This document shows, one piece after another, positions 27,565 to 36,816 of a stretch of DNA of 64,000 nucleotides (position 1 is its first letter; each line of letters opens with the position of its first letter). Source of the DNA: Vulcanimicrobiota bacterium (GTDB taxonomy: Bacteria; Vulcanimicrobiota; Vulcanimicrobiia; Vulcanimicrobiales; Vulcanimicrobiaceae); assembly GCA_963755555.1 (NCBI GenBank), contig CAVWKE010000003.1, forward strand, positions 53,357 through 117,356. The letters run 5' to 3'. The position numbers were made by a program, and so were the translations under genes. The notes under the pieces were generated by a model, which worked only from the letters and a program-made list of their open reading frames with translations, did not search any database and was not told the origin of the DNA.

Positions 27565-29007
27565 ATGGCTGCGCCCGGAATCAGTTTCACGATCATCATG
27601 CGCATCGAGATGCCGAACGAGCCCGGCGCGTTCGGCATACTCACCAATGCGATCGGGGATGCCGGCGGAACGATCGTAGCCGTCGACATGCACTCGTTGA
27701 GCAAGACGTACACGATGCGGGACGTCACCGTCAACGTGGCCTCCGACACGATCTCCGACGAAGTGCGCGCGGCGGTCGAGTCGATCGAGGGAGCGAGAAT
27801 CGTCTTCGTTTCCGATTCCACGTTTCTGGCCCACATCGGCGGCAAAATCCGCATCGAACCGAAAATGCCGGTGAAGAACCGCCAGGATCTGTCGATGGTC
27901 TACACGCCCGGCGTCGCGCGCGTCTCGATGGCGATTGCGGCCGACCCGAGCAAAGCCTTCCAACTGACCATCAAACGCAACAGCGTCGCGGTCGTCACCG
28001 ACGGAACCGCGGTCCTCGGACTGGGAGACATCGGGCCGCTCGGCGCCCTTCCGGTCATGGAAGGCAAGGTCATGCTCTTCCGCCAGTTCGCCGATATCGA
28101 CGCCTTTCCGATCTGCCTCGACACCAAAGACGTCGACGAGATCGTCGAGACCGTGATTCGCATCGCCCCGGTGTTCGGCGGCATTAACCTTGAAGACATC
28201 AGCGCGCCGCGTTGTTTTGAAGTCGAACAGCGCCTGATCGAAGCGCTCGACATTCCGGTCATGCACGACGACCAGCACGGCACCGCCGTCGTCATCCTCG
28301 CGGCGCTGATCAACGCCGCGCAGGTGGTCGGCAAACGACTGGAGGATCTGCGCGTCGTCGTTGCCGGAAGCGGTGCTGCGGGCATGGCAACCATCAAGAT
28401 GCTGCTCGAGGCGGGCGTGCGAGACGTCATTCCCGTCGATCGTGGCGGCGCGCTCAACCGAGAAGAGCGTTACGAGAATCCGCATTGGCGCTGGTTGGCC
28501 GAGCACTGCAATCACGAGAACCGGCGCGGGTCCCTGGCCGACGTCTTGGTTGGAGTCGACGTATTCATCGGGGTCTCCGCGCCGGGCATCCTGGCGCCGG
28601 AGCACATCGCCGCAATGGCGCGCGACCCGATCGTATTCGCGATGGCGAACCCGACCCCCGAAATCATGCCCGACGTCGCAGCGCCCGTAGCGGCCGTCGT
28701 GGCGACCGGACGCTCGGACTTTCCCAACCAGGTCAACAACTTGCTCGCCTTCCCGGGGATCTTCCGGGGCGCGCTGGACGTTCGCGCAAGGCGGATCACC
28801 GAGCGCATGAAGCTGGCGGCGGCGTACGCGATCGCGGAGATCGTTACCGAAGACGAACGCAATCCCGAATACATCATCCCGAGCGTGTTCGACGTGCGGG
28901 TCGTGGACGCGGTGGCCAAGGCGGTGGCGGCCGCCGCCATCGACGGAGGCACCGCCCGCCGGACGCTCGTAAAGAACGAGGGGGACGATCTTGCCGCAAA
29001 GATATGA
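27565..29007 (+). CDS. NAD(P)-dependent malic enzyme with an N-terminal ACT-like domain
   Basis: N-terminal FTIIMRIEMPNEPGAFGILTNAIGDAGGTIVAVD is ACT-like. This is followed by DLSMVYTPGVARV, VVTDGTAVLGLGDIGP..ALPVMEGK, FGGINLEDI and VVAGSGAAG. Confidence 0.85.
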   Translation: MAAPGISFTIIMRIEMPNEPGAFGILTNAIGDAGGTIVAVDMHSLSKTYTMRDVTVNVASDTISDEVRAAVESIEGARIVFVSDSTFLAHIGGKIRIEPKMPVKNRQDLSMVYTPGVARVSMAIAADPSKAFQLTIKRNSVAVVTDGTAVLGLGDIGPLGALPVMEGKVMLFRQFADIDAFPICLDTKDVDEIVETVIRIAPVFGGINLEDISAPRCFEVEQRLIEALDIPVMHDDQHGTAVVILAALINAAQVVGKRLEDLRVVVAGSGAAGMATIKMLLEAGVRDVIPVDRGGALNREERYENPHWRWLAEHCNHENRRGSLADVLVGVDVFIGVSAPGILAPEHIAAMARDPIVFAMANPTPEIMPDVAAPVAAVVATGRSDFPNQVNNLLAFPGIFRGALDVRARRITERMKLAAAYAIAEIVTEDERNPEYIIPSVFDVRVVDAVAKAVAAAAIDGGTARRTLVKNEGDDLAAKI

Positions 29008-29028
29008 TCTGCGGCTGGAAAGGCGGGC

Positions 29029-29721
29029 ATGGCGTTAGGCCGTATCTTGGTGGTCGAGGACGACGACGAGGTCGCGCACCTCGAACGCAGCGCGCTCGAA
29101 GAAGCCGGCTACGAAGTAACGTTGACGGCCAGCGGCGCCTTGGGTCTCGAGTTGGCCGAGTCGTTCAAGCCCGACGTGGTCGTGCTGGACGTGGGCTTGC
29201 CTGACCTCTCGGGGTTCGACGTCTGCGCGTCGCTCGCCAATTCGAACCCGGCTTTCATCCTGATGGTCAGCGGCCACTCCCGCGAGCAGGACATCTTGCT
29301 CGGTCTCGGGCTGGGAGCCGACGACTATATGGTCAAGCCGGTCTCGGGCAACGAGCTGGTGGCTCGCGTTGCGTCGTTCCTGCGGCGGCGTGAAAAGATC
29401 GCCGCGCACGCGGGTGACGGGAACATGCTCGACCTCGGCTCTTCTCGCCTGGAACGAGATTTCCACACGCTTTCGAACAATGGCAGCCGAATCACTTTGA
29501 CGGCGCTCGAGTTTCGCCTGATGTGGTTTCTCGGCGAGGCCAAGGGACGTCTGCTCACGCGCGCACAGATTCTCGAGTGCGTTTGGAACGACAAGTCGGG
29601 GGTTCCGACGCGCGTAGTCGACGTACACGTAGCGGCGCTTCGAAAGAAACTCGCAAGAATACACGCGCCGCTCGAGATCTCAAGCGTGCGCGGCATTGGC
29701 TACCGGCTCGACAAAAAATAG
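29029..29721 (+). CDS. OmpR/PhoB-family response regulator (no cognate histidine kinase adjacent)
   Basis: Receiver ILVVEDDDE...VVVLDVGLPDLSGFDV...ADDYMVKP. Winged-helix C-terminus LTALEFRLMWFL...VDVHVAALRKKL..IRGIGYRL. Confidence 0.9.
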   Translation: MALGRILVVEDDDEVAHLERSALEEAGYEVTLTASGALGLELAESFKPDVVVLDVGLPDLSGFDVCASLANSNPAFILMVSGHSREQDILLGLGLGADDYMVKPVSGNELVARVASFLRRREKIAAHAGDGNMLDLGSSRLERDFHTLSNNGSRITLTALEFRLMWFLGEAKGRLLTRAQILECVWNDKSGVPTRVVDVHVAALRKKLARIHAPLEISSVRGIGYRLDKK

Positions 29722-31280
29722 ACTGGCGGAGTCGCTTCGCCTCGACCCGGCGGATCCGCGTCCGCTCTACGTTCAACTCGCGGACCGGCTCGTCGAAGCC
29801 ATCGAAAGCGAGCGCGTACGCCCCGGCGATCGGCTTCCGGCCATGCGCGAGTTGAGCCGGGATCTGGCCTGCGCGCTGGTGACGGTTTCGCAGGCGTACG
29901 AGTTGCTGGCGGCGCGCGGGCGGGTCGTTTCGCGAGTAGGTAAGGGCACGTTCGTCGCGGCGGCCCCCGACCGCAGCCCGCCGTTTGCCCGCCGCTGGGA
30001 GCCCGACGCCGGACGATTCGCACGCGCGCAGCGCCTCGAGGGTGTGATGGAGCTGCTGGCGCGCGCAACGGTGCCCGGAGCAATCACCCTGGCGACCGGC
30101 CATCCGGCCCCTGAAACGTTTCCGCTTCACGACTTCGGACGGGCATTCCATCGAACGCTGCTCGACGACCCGCCGGAACTGATGCAGTATCGTTCCTCGA
30201 CCGGCGATGGCGACTTGTGCGAAACGCTCGCCGCCCTGCTGCGGCGGCGCGGATGCGCGGCCGATGCCGCCGACGTCGTCGTGTGCTCGGGCGCGCAACA
30301 GGCAGCCGACGTCGTCGCAACCGTATTGCTCGAAGAACGCAGCGTCGTGGCTGCCGAAAGCCCGACCTACTCGGGAACGCTCGGCGTCTTCGACGCGCGC
30401 GGCGTAACGTACGTCGAGGTTCGCGGCGACGAGGACGGCGTTCGCGCGGACGACGTAGAGCGCGTCTTCGCCGAGTACCGGCCGCGGCTGTTCTACGTCA
30501 ATCCGATCACGCAGAATCCCACCGGCGCGGTGCTGCCCGCCCGACGTGCGAAGCAAATCGTCGCGCTGGCACGCCGCTACGACGTCGTCGTGCTCGAAGA
30601 TCAAACCGGATCCGCGCTCACCTACGATTCGCCGGCTCCGCCGCCGCTAGCGGCTTACGATACCGACGGCCGCGTGATTTTGATGGAAAGCCTATCGAAA
30701 TCGATCTTCCCGGCGCTGCGGATCGGGTATCTCTACGCCAAGAGCGGGCTCGCGCAGGCGCTGGAAGCAGCCAAGGCGCGGGCCGACGTATTCACCTCGA
30801 CGCTGACCCAACGCGCGTTGTGGCGCTTCATGGACGGCCCGGCGTACGCACGGCACTTGCGCTCGGCACGCGCGCTTTACCGCGAGCGCCGCGACGCTTT
30901 CGTCGAACGCGCTGGCGCGCGACGTCCCGTGGGCGCCGGTGCTGCCGCCCGCTGCCGGGGTGAACGTCTGGCTGCCGCTGCCCGCGCGTCTTACGACGCA
31001 CGCTGCATTCGATGCGTGCGCCCGTGAAGGCGTGCTCGTGATGCCGGCCGAGCCCTTCTATCCCACCCGCAACGGACCGCCGGCGCTGCGTCTGTCGTTC
31101 GGGCATCTTCCCGTCGAGGAGGCGCGCGAAGGCGTCGCGCGATTGGGAAGAGCGCTGGCAAAACTGTTAGCGCCGGCCGGCGAGAGCCCGGTCTTCGACG
31201 CGAATTCGCCACGAGAGCAACGCGGCGTTGAGAATCGAGAACGCGATCGCGATCTCGATGGCGCCGAACGCCAGCGGTAG
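29696..31280 (+). CDS. MocR-type regulator (GntR wHTH fused to a class I aminotransferase-like domain), with the reading frame interrupted near 30911
   Basis: wHTH LYVQLADRLVEAIESERVRPGDRLPAMRELSRDLACALVTVSQAYELLAARG. The aminotransferase body includes ESLSKSIFPALRIGYL. The conserved C-terminus (VNVWLPLP...ALRLSFGHLP) lies in the +1 frame (track ORF 30939..31280). TTG start at 29696. Confidence 0.75.
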
Positions 31281-31661
31281 AACGGCGATCTCCGCGCACA
31301 CGACGACGTAGTTCGGATGGCGCAGAAAGCGGTACGGGCCGTGCCGGACGAGCGGGGCATCGGCCACCGCAATCACCCGCGTCGTCCAATACGGTCCCAG
31401 GGAGGCCACCGTCCATAAGCGCAACCCTTGAAGGAGCGCGTAAAGGCCGAGCAGCCACCAGTTCGGCATCGTGAAAGGTGGAATGAGGACGGCCATCGCG
31501 ATCAACCAGGCCGCGTGCAGGAGCACGACCAGCGGATAGTGTGAGGCGCCGAGCTCCACGCCCCCGCGCTCCAGCAGCCGTGCCGTATTGCGCTGCGCGT
31601 AGAGTAACTCAACGACACGCTGCAGTGCGACGAGTGCGAGAACGAGCCAGAGAAAACTCAA
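31167..31661 (-). CDS. ICMT-family membrane methyltransferase (BpsB/SrsB-like partner of a type III PKS)
   Basis: GPYRFLRHPNYVVVCAEIAVLPLAFG is an isoprenylcysteine carboxyl methyltransferase-type motif. About 5 TM segments. The TTG start overlaps the PKS stop (TTGA at 31658-31661). The 459-aa track ORF is an over-extension. Confidence 0.8.
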   Translation of the reverse strand: MSFLWLVLALVALQRVVELLYAQRNTARLLERGGVELGASHYPLVVLLHAAWLIAMAVLIPPFTMPNWWLLGLYALLQGLRLWTVASLGPYWTTRVIAVADAPLVRHGPYRFLRHPNYVVVCAEIAVLPLAFGAIEIAIAFSILNAALLSWRIRVEDRALAGRR

Positions 31662-32713
31662 GGGGATCCTTCTAGGAGCGTAAATCCCGCGGTGAAGCCG
31701 GGTCCGAGCGCGCTGACGAGCGCGCGCCGCCACGACTTCGCTTGGCCGTTGAGGGAGCGCTCGAGGACGAACATCACCGTTGCGGCCGACATGTTTCCGT
31801 AGTCGCGCAGCACGTCGCGCGCGTCGACGAGCGTACCGGGTTCGAGTTCGTAGGCAGTCTCGAGCGCGTCGATTACCTTGGCTCCCCCCGGATGGCAGAT
31901 GAAACGATCGACGTCGCGCAGCGACAATCCACGATCGGCCAGAAAGGCTACGGCGACGTCGTGAAGATGCGTCGAAACGAGGTTCGGAATGTCGCGCGAG
32001 AAAATTGCCTTCAGGCTTTCGTCGGTCACGTCCCAGCCCATCACGTCGAGGCTCTCGGGCCACGTGTACTCGCCTCCCGCCACCACGGCCGGCCCGGCGT
32101 CTTGGCAGCACAGGAGCGCGGCCGCCGCACCGTCGCCGAAAAGCGCCGTTGCCACGATGTTGCTTTTCGTGAAATCGTCGCGGCGAAACGACAGCGCGCA
32201 CAACTCGACCACGAGAAACAGTACGAGCTTTCCCGGCGCAGTTTGGGCCATCGTCGCAGCGCGCGCCAAACCGATCGTTCCGCCGGCGCAGCCCAGCCCG
32301 AAGATCGGCAGACGGCGGATCGTTCGGCGTAGTCCCATCCGTTCCATCAGCAAGGCGTCCAAACTCGGCGTAGCGATCCCGGTCGTAGAAACGACCACGA
32401 TCGCGTCGATCTCTTCGGCCAGGCGACCGGCCCGAGCGAGGGCCGACCGGGTTGCCTCTTCGAGCAAAGCGAGCGCCGACTCGAGATAAATGCGATTTCT
32501 CTCGGGCCAGCCGTGCTGCTCTTCGTACCAGTCGATCGGGACGCACGAATAGCGCCGAACGATTCCGGTGTTGGCGAACATCGGCAGCAGGCGGACGACT
32601 TCGGGCGAATGCGGTCCGAGGGCGATGCTGACGCGCCGCGTTACGTCGTTTTGGTCGAGCCGATACTGCGGGACGGCCGTAGCGACGGCGAGGATTCGGG
32701 CGAAAGCGCTCAC
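31658..32713 (-). CDS. Type III polyketide synthase (chalcone-synthase superfamily, BpsA/SrsA-like)
   Basis: Catalytic Cys in PIFGLGCAGG, His in FICHPGGAKV, Asn in YGNMSAATVMFVLE. 351 aa. GTG start. Confidence 0.9.
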   Translation of the reverse strand: MSAFARILAVATAVPQYRLDQNDVTRRVSIALGPHSPEVVRLLPMFANTGIVRRYSCVPIDWYEEQHGWPERNRIYLESALALLEEATRSALARAGRLAEEIDAIVVVSTTGIATPSLDALLMERMGLRRTIRRLPIFGLGCAGGTIGLARAATMAQTAPGKLVLFLVVELCALSFRRDDFTKSNIVATALFGDGAAAALLCCQDAGPAVVAGGEYTWPESLDVMGWDVTDESLKAIFSRDIPNLVSTHLHDVAVAFLADRGLSLRDVDRFICHPGGAKVIDALETAYELEPGTLVDARDVLRDYGNMSAATVMFVLERSLNGQAKSWRRALVSALGPGFTAGFTLLEGSP

Positions 32714-32814
32714 CTCACCTTGGTTCCGTGAAGCGGCGGCAGCGTCTTTCCGGGGCTTGCTGAGAGCCGCCTGAGCAGGGTCCTCGGAGTCTGCGTCCGT
32801 AAGCCTAACCTCCC

Positions 32815-35175
32815 GTGTCGCGAAAGCTCATCGCAGCGACGGCATTTGCCGCCGTTTTGCTCGGCGCCGTCAATCGGCCCGCGCCCTTGATCGTGTACTC
32901 GGCGCCGGCCGGCGATCGGCCCGCCGGGGCGGATGCCGTGCATCCGACCACCGCCATTCTTCCAAACGGACGTATCGCATCCCCCGCGGGCCAGACCGTA
33001 TTCGTCGGCTCCAATCCGCTGGGGATGACGCTCTCGCCGAACGGGCGCTTCGCGATCGTCAGCAACGACGACGAGCACGTTGGTGCGCTCGCGCCGCCGC
33101 GCACCGATGTGCCGCCGCTTTCGGGCTATTCGCTGGCGGTGGTCGACACCGTCACGATGAAGCTTAGGAGTACGTATCGGGATGCGTCCGCGGCGTTTTT
33201 CTTTGGCATCGTCGCGGTGCGCGACGCCCGAAACCCCGCCAACACGCTCGTCCTGGCCTCCGACGGAGTTCACGGCGTCGTACGAGTCTTCGACCTCGGT
33301 GCCGACGGTACGCTCGTGCCGGAAGACCGCGCAATCGCGCTGCCGCCGGGCGGTGCGAACCGGCCGTTTCCCGCCGGCATTGCGGTTTCACCGAACGGCA
33401 GCATCGCCTACGTTGCGGATAATCGCGCGAATTCGGTTTTCGCGATCGACGTGGCGTCGCGCGCGGTCACGGGGACGTTTGCGGTTGGCGACTCGCCGGT
33501 CGACGTCGCCGCCGCGGGCGACCGCGTACTAATCAGTTCCAGCGGTCTGGCAGCGTATCGCCAAATCGATCCGCCTAGCGCCCAGCCGCAGTTCGCGACT
33601 CCGGCGTTCGACCCCGACCGCTCTTCGACGCTGGCCGTTTTGGACGTAATATCCGGCGGGAGCGCGACGGCCGATCCGGCGACGGTGCGGATGGATCCCG
33701 CGCCGGATGGTTCCCGCATCGTCGGCGGCGCGGCGCCGTCCGCGATCGTGATGCGTCGTGACGGACGGCTTGCCTACGTCGCGCTTGCGAATGTCAACCG
33801 GGTGGCGGTCGTGTCGTTGGCGAGCAACGGCGCGCGGGTAGTGCGCGGTCTAGACCTGCGGCTCTATCCGGACGCTCCGTACGGCGCCCAGCCGAGCGCC
33901 GAAGTGCTCGGAAGAGACGGAAAGCGCCTTTACGTCGCCCTCGCCGGATTGAACGCCGTCGCCGTGCTGGACGCGCGCGCCCCGACCCGCTACCGCTTCG
34001 GATTGATTCCAACGGCGTGGTATCCGACCGCGCTCGCGCTGTCTCCCAGCGGACGGTACTTGTACGTCACGGCCGCGAAAGGTGTCGACGGATGGGGGAC
34101 GCTTTCGCGCGTCGATCTCAAGCATACGTCGTTGGTCAAAGCCACGATGAATACGTTGCGCTACAACCGCACGGCCGCTATCGCTAAGGAGAACTCCGTC
34201 GTACCGCCGCTGCGCTCGGGTAAGCGCAGCACTGCAATCGACCACGTCCTCTACATTGCCGTTGGACCGAACTCGTACGACAGCGTGCTCGGCGATCTCA
34301 AGGACGCGACGGACGCTCCGATCGGAAGCGGCAATCCGTCGTACGTCCAGTATCCCGAAAGCGTAACGCCGAACCTGCACGCGCTGGCCCGCACCTTCGG
34401 CGTGGCCGACAATTTCTACGCGCCCGATGCCGACGTTGCCATCGCGCGCTCGTTCGCAATTGCCGCCGATGCGACGCTCTACGCGCAGCGGTTCGCGCAC
34501 GTTAGTTCCGGCCGGAATCCCTTAGGCGCTGGGATTGCCGACCCCGAGGATTACGGGCGCGTTGGGTACTTATTCAACGCGCTGGTTCGCGCGGGTTTGT
34601 CGTTTCGGGACTACGGTGGCTTGCTGCAGTTGTCGGGATACAGCGGCGATCGATACCATCTTGACGTTCCCGCACTCGCCGCGTTGAACGGCAACGTCGA
34701 TACGGGCTATCCCGCCAACGACTCCGGCGTTGACGACGCGCGGCTCAGCCAGGAGTTCGTCGCCGACATGAAACGGTACGTGGATGCCGACCAAATGCCG
34801 AGCTTTACCTACGTCCGGCTGCCGACCGCGCCCCAAAACGGGGGCGTGGGCGCGGCCGACCGTGCGCTCGGGACGATCGTCGATTTCGTGTCGCATACCC
34901 CCCATTGGGGCTCGACGGCCGTCTTCGTCGTGCCCGAAGGTCTCGACAGCGGTCCGGATCACGTCAATTCACTGCGCAGCTACTGCATCGTGATTTCACC
35001 GTACGCACGACGCTCTTACGTCGGGCACGCGCATCTCTCGGTGCCCAGCGTCGTCAAGACCGAGGAGGAGATCCTGGGGCTGCCCCCGCTGGCCCTCAAC
35101 GATCTGCTCGCGACCGACTTGGCGGACTTTTTCGGCAGCACTCCTTCGGCCGAGCCGTATCGGGCAATTCGTTAA
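32815..35175 (+). CDS. YncE-like beta-propeller fused to a phosphoesterase (PLC/AcpA, PF04185-like) domain; secreted
   Basis: Signal MSRKLIAATAFAAVLLGA. Repeated SPNG/YV(A)xxxxxV blades (SPNGRFAIVSN, SPNGSIAYVADN, RLAYVALANVNRVAVV, RLYVALAGLNAVAVLD, YLYVTAAKG). C-terminus IDHVLYIAVGPNSYDSVLG ... VFVVPEGLDSGPDHVNSLRSYCIVISPYA. Confidence 0.7.
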   Translation: MSRKLIAATAFAAVLLGAVNRPAPLIVYSAPAGDRPAGADAVHPTTAILPNGRIASPAGQTVFVGSNPLGMTLSPNGRFAIVSNDDEHVGALAPPRTDVPPLSGYSLAVVDTVTMKLRSTYRDASAAFFFGIVAVRDARNPANTLVLASDGVHGVVRVFDLGADGTLVPEDRAIALPPGGANRPFPAGIAVSPNGSIAYVADNRANSVFAIDVASRAVTGTFAVGDSPVDVAAAGDRVLISSSGLAAYRQIDPPSAQPQFATPAFDPDRSSTLAVLDVISGGSATADPATVRMDPAPDGSRIVGGAAPSAIVMRRDGRLAYVALANVNRVAVVSLASNGARVVRGLDLRLYPDAPYGAQPSAEVLGRDGKRLYVALAGLNAVAVLDARAPTRYRFGLIPTAWYPTALALSPSGRYLYVTAAKGVDGWGTLSRVDLKHTSLVKATMNTLRYNRTAAIAKENSVVPPLRSGKRSTAIDHVLYIAVGPNSYDSVLGDLKDATDAPIGSGNPSYVQYPESVTPNLHALARTFGVADNFYAPDADVAIARSFAIAADATLYAQRFAHVSSGRNPLGAGIADPEDYGRVGYLFNALVRAGLSFRDYGGLLQLSGYSGDRYHLDVPALAALNGNVDTGYPANDSGVDDARLSQEFVADMKRYVDADQMPSFTYVRLPTAPQNGGVGAADRALGTIVDFVSHTPHWGSTAVFVVPEGLDSGPDHVNSLRSYCIVISPYARRSYVGHAHLSVPSVVKTEEEILGLPPLALNDLLATDLADFFGSTPSAEPYRAIR

Positions 35176-35246
35176 GGCGCCGCCGAGGACCGTGCCCGAC
35201 CGGCGCGGAGGGCCTTAGACGGTCGAGATGAGAAGACCAACGCTTC

Positions 35247-36080
35247 ATGACTAAAGAGACGGTGCATTTCGGCCCGCGTCTAATCGGCTCGCCGACCGGC
35301 GCGTTGCGTGCCGCCATTCTCGTAAAGCCGAACCGAAGCATCGAACGAGCCACGCCGCTGCCGGGGGAACCGGGCGTCGTCTATGCGCGCGCGCTCGAAC
35401 AGCATGCCGTCTTTGCCAAGACGCTGCGCTATTGCGGCGTCGAGACGGTCGTGCTCGAACCGCGCGGTGAAGACTCCTACGAAACCTCCGTGGCGGATGC
35501 CGCGCTCGCGTTCGAAGACGGAGCGATGATGATGCGCCCCAGCTCGATGTCGCGACGAGCCGAAGCGGACCGCACCGAAGCCGAGTTTGCCCGCCTGGAC
35601 GTCCCGCTCGCGGGGCACGTCGTCGCACCCGGTTTGCTCGACGGCACCGACTTGCTGCTCGCCGGCATGACGGCGTTCGTTGGGGTCGGCGCGCGCGGCA
35701 ACGCCTTGGGACGCGGCGGCTTCGCCGCGGTCGCGCGCGCGCACGGGTACCGGGTCGTCGAGGTCGGCCTGGCGGACGGCGTTCCGGCGCTCGCTGCGGT
35801 CGCCAGTGCCGTCGCGAAGGATACGATCGTGCTCGCTGCCGACAAAGTCGACCCGGCCGCATTTGCGGGGTTCAAAACGATCGTGTTGGAACGGGGCGAA
35901 GAACTCGGCGCGGGCGTCTTGTGCCTCGGCGACGGTCACGTGCTGGCGGATTTGCGTTTCCGTACAGCGCTTTCCGCGATGCGCCGAGCGGGGATTGCCG
36001 TCGAAGCGATCGATTTGTACGATTTCTGCAAAATCGGGATCACGCCGTCGATGATGGCGCTTCCCTTGAAGCGCGACTAG
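35247..36080 (+). CDS. Amidinotransferase/DDAH-fold protein (possibly non-catalytic)
   Basis: The length and block order resemble dimethylarginine dimethylaminohydrolase (ARALEQH..F...L...GVE...L, VADAA..., TDLLLAG...FVG.G.RGN). The C-terminal motif reads KIGITPSMMALPL, where a Cys-containing motif is expected. Confidence 0.55.
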   Translation: MTKETVHFGPRLIGSPTGALRAAILVKPNRSIERATPLPGEPGVVYARALEQHAVFAKTLRYCGVETVVLEPRGEDSYETSVADAALAFEDGAMMMRPSSMSRRAEADRTEAEFARLDVPLAGHVVAPGLLDGTDLLLAGMTAFVGVGARGNALGRGGFAAVARAHGYRVVEVGLADGVPALAAVASAVAKDTIVLAADKVDPAAFAGFKTIVLERGEELGAGVLCLGDGHVLADLRFRTALSAMRRAGIAVEAIDLYDFCKIGITPSMMALPLKRD

Positions 36081-36087
36081 CAGTCGA

Positions 36088-36816
36088 ATGCGCGTCGCCG
36101 TGCTTTCGGACATTCACGGAAATCTCGTGAGTTTAGACGCGTGCGTTGCCGACCTCGAAGCGCAGGGAGGCGCCGACGCCATCGTCGTCGCGGGCGATCT
36201 CTGCCTCGACGGACCGAAGCCCCGCAAGGTGCTTCAGCGGCTCGAGCAGCTCGGCGCGCAGTGCGTGCGCGGAAACAAGGACCGCTATATCGCAGACGCC
36301 GGCGACCAGAAATTCGCGGCCATCGAGGACGCACAAATTACCTGGACGAGAAGCGATTTGGGAGAAAAGTGGCTGGCGTGGATGCGCGACTTGCCTTTTG
36401 CGCTGCGGATCGGCGAAGACCACAACCAGCTACTCGTCGTCCACGCAAACCCTAAGAGCGATGACGAACACCTCTGGCCCGACGCCGACGAAGCGACCTT
36501 GGAGCGAATGCTGAGCGACGAGCCGGCCGTCGCAATTGCCTTCGGGCACTTGCATCTGCCGTACGTCCGCATGTGGCGCGGGCGCCTGCTGGTAAACGTG
36601 GCCTCTGCGGGCTTGCCCAAGGACGGCGATCCGCGCGCCTGCTACGCGATCTTTACCGAGCGTGAGGGGGGTTGGCAGGTAAAGCACCGGCGCGTGCCTT
36701 TTGACGTAAAAAAGGTTGCAACCCAATTGGCCGACTGCGGGATTCCGGGAAGTGCGGACCTGATCGCTACGCTCCGCCGCCATAGGTACAAGAATTTAAA
36801 ATCACAAGTCCCTTGA
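36088..36816 (+). CDS. Calcineurin-like metallophosphoesterase (YfcE/MJ0936-like)
   Basis: VAVLSDIHGN, VVAGDL, RGNKD, VVHANP and FGHLH motifs appear in canonical order. Confidence 0.85.
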   Translation: MRVAVLSDIHGNLVSLDACVADLEAQGGADAIVVAGDLCLDGPKPRKVLQRLEQLGAQCVRGNKDRYIADAGDQKFAAIEDAQITWTRSDLGEKWLAWMRDLPFALRIGEDHNQLLVVHANPKSDDEHLWPDADEATLERMLSDEPAVAIAFGHLHLPYVRMWRGRLLVNVASAGLPKDGDPRACYAIFTEREGGWQVKHRRVPFDVKKVATQLADCGIPGSADLIATLRRHRYKNLKSQVP

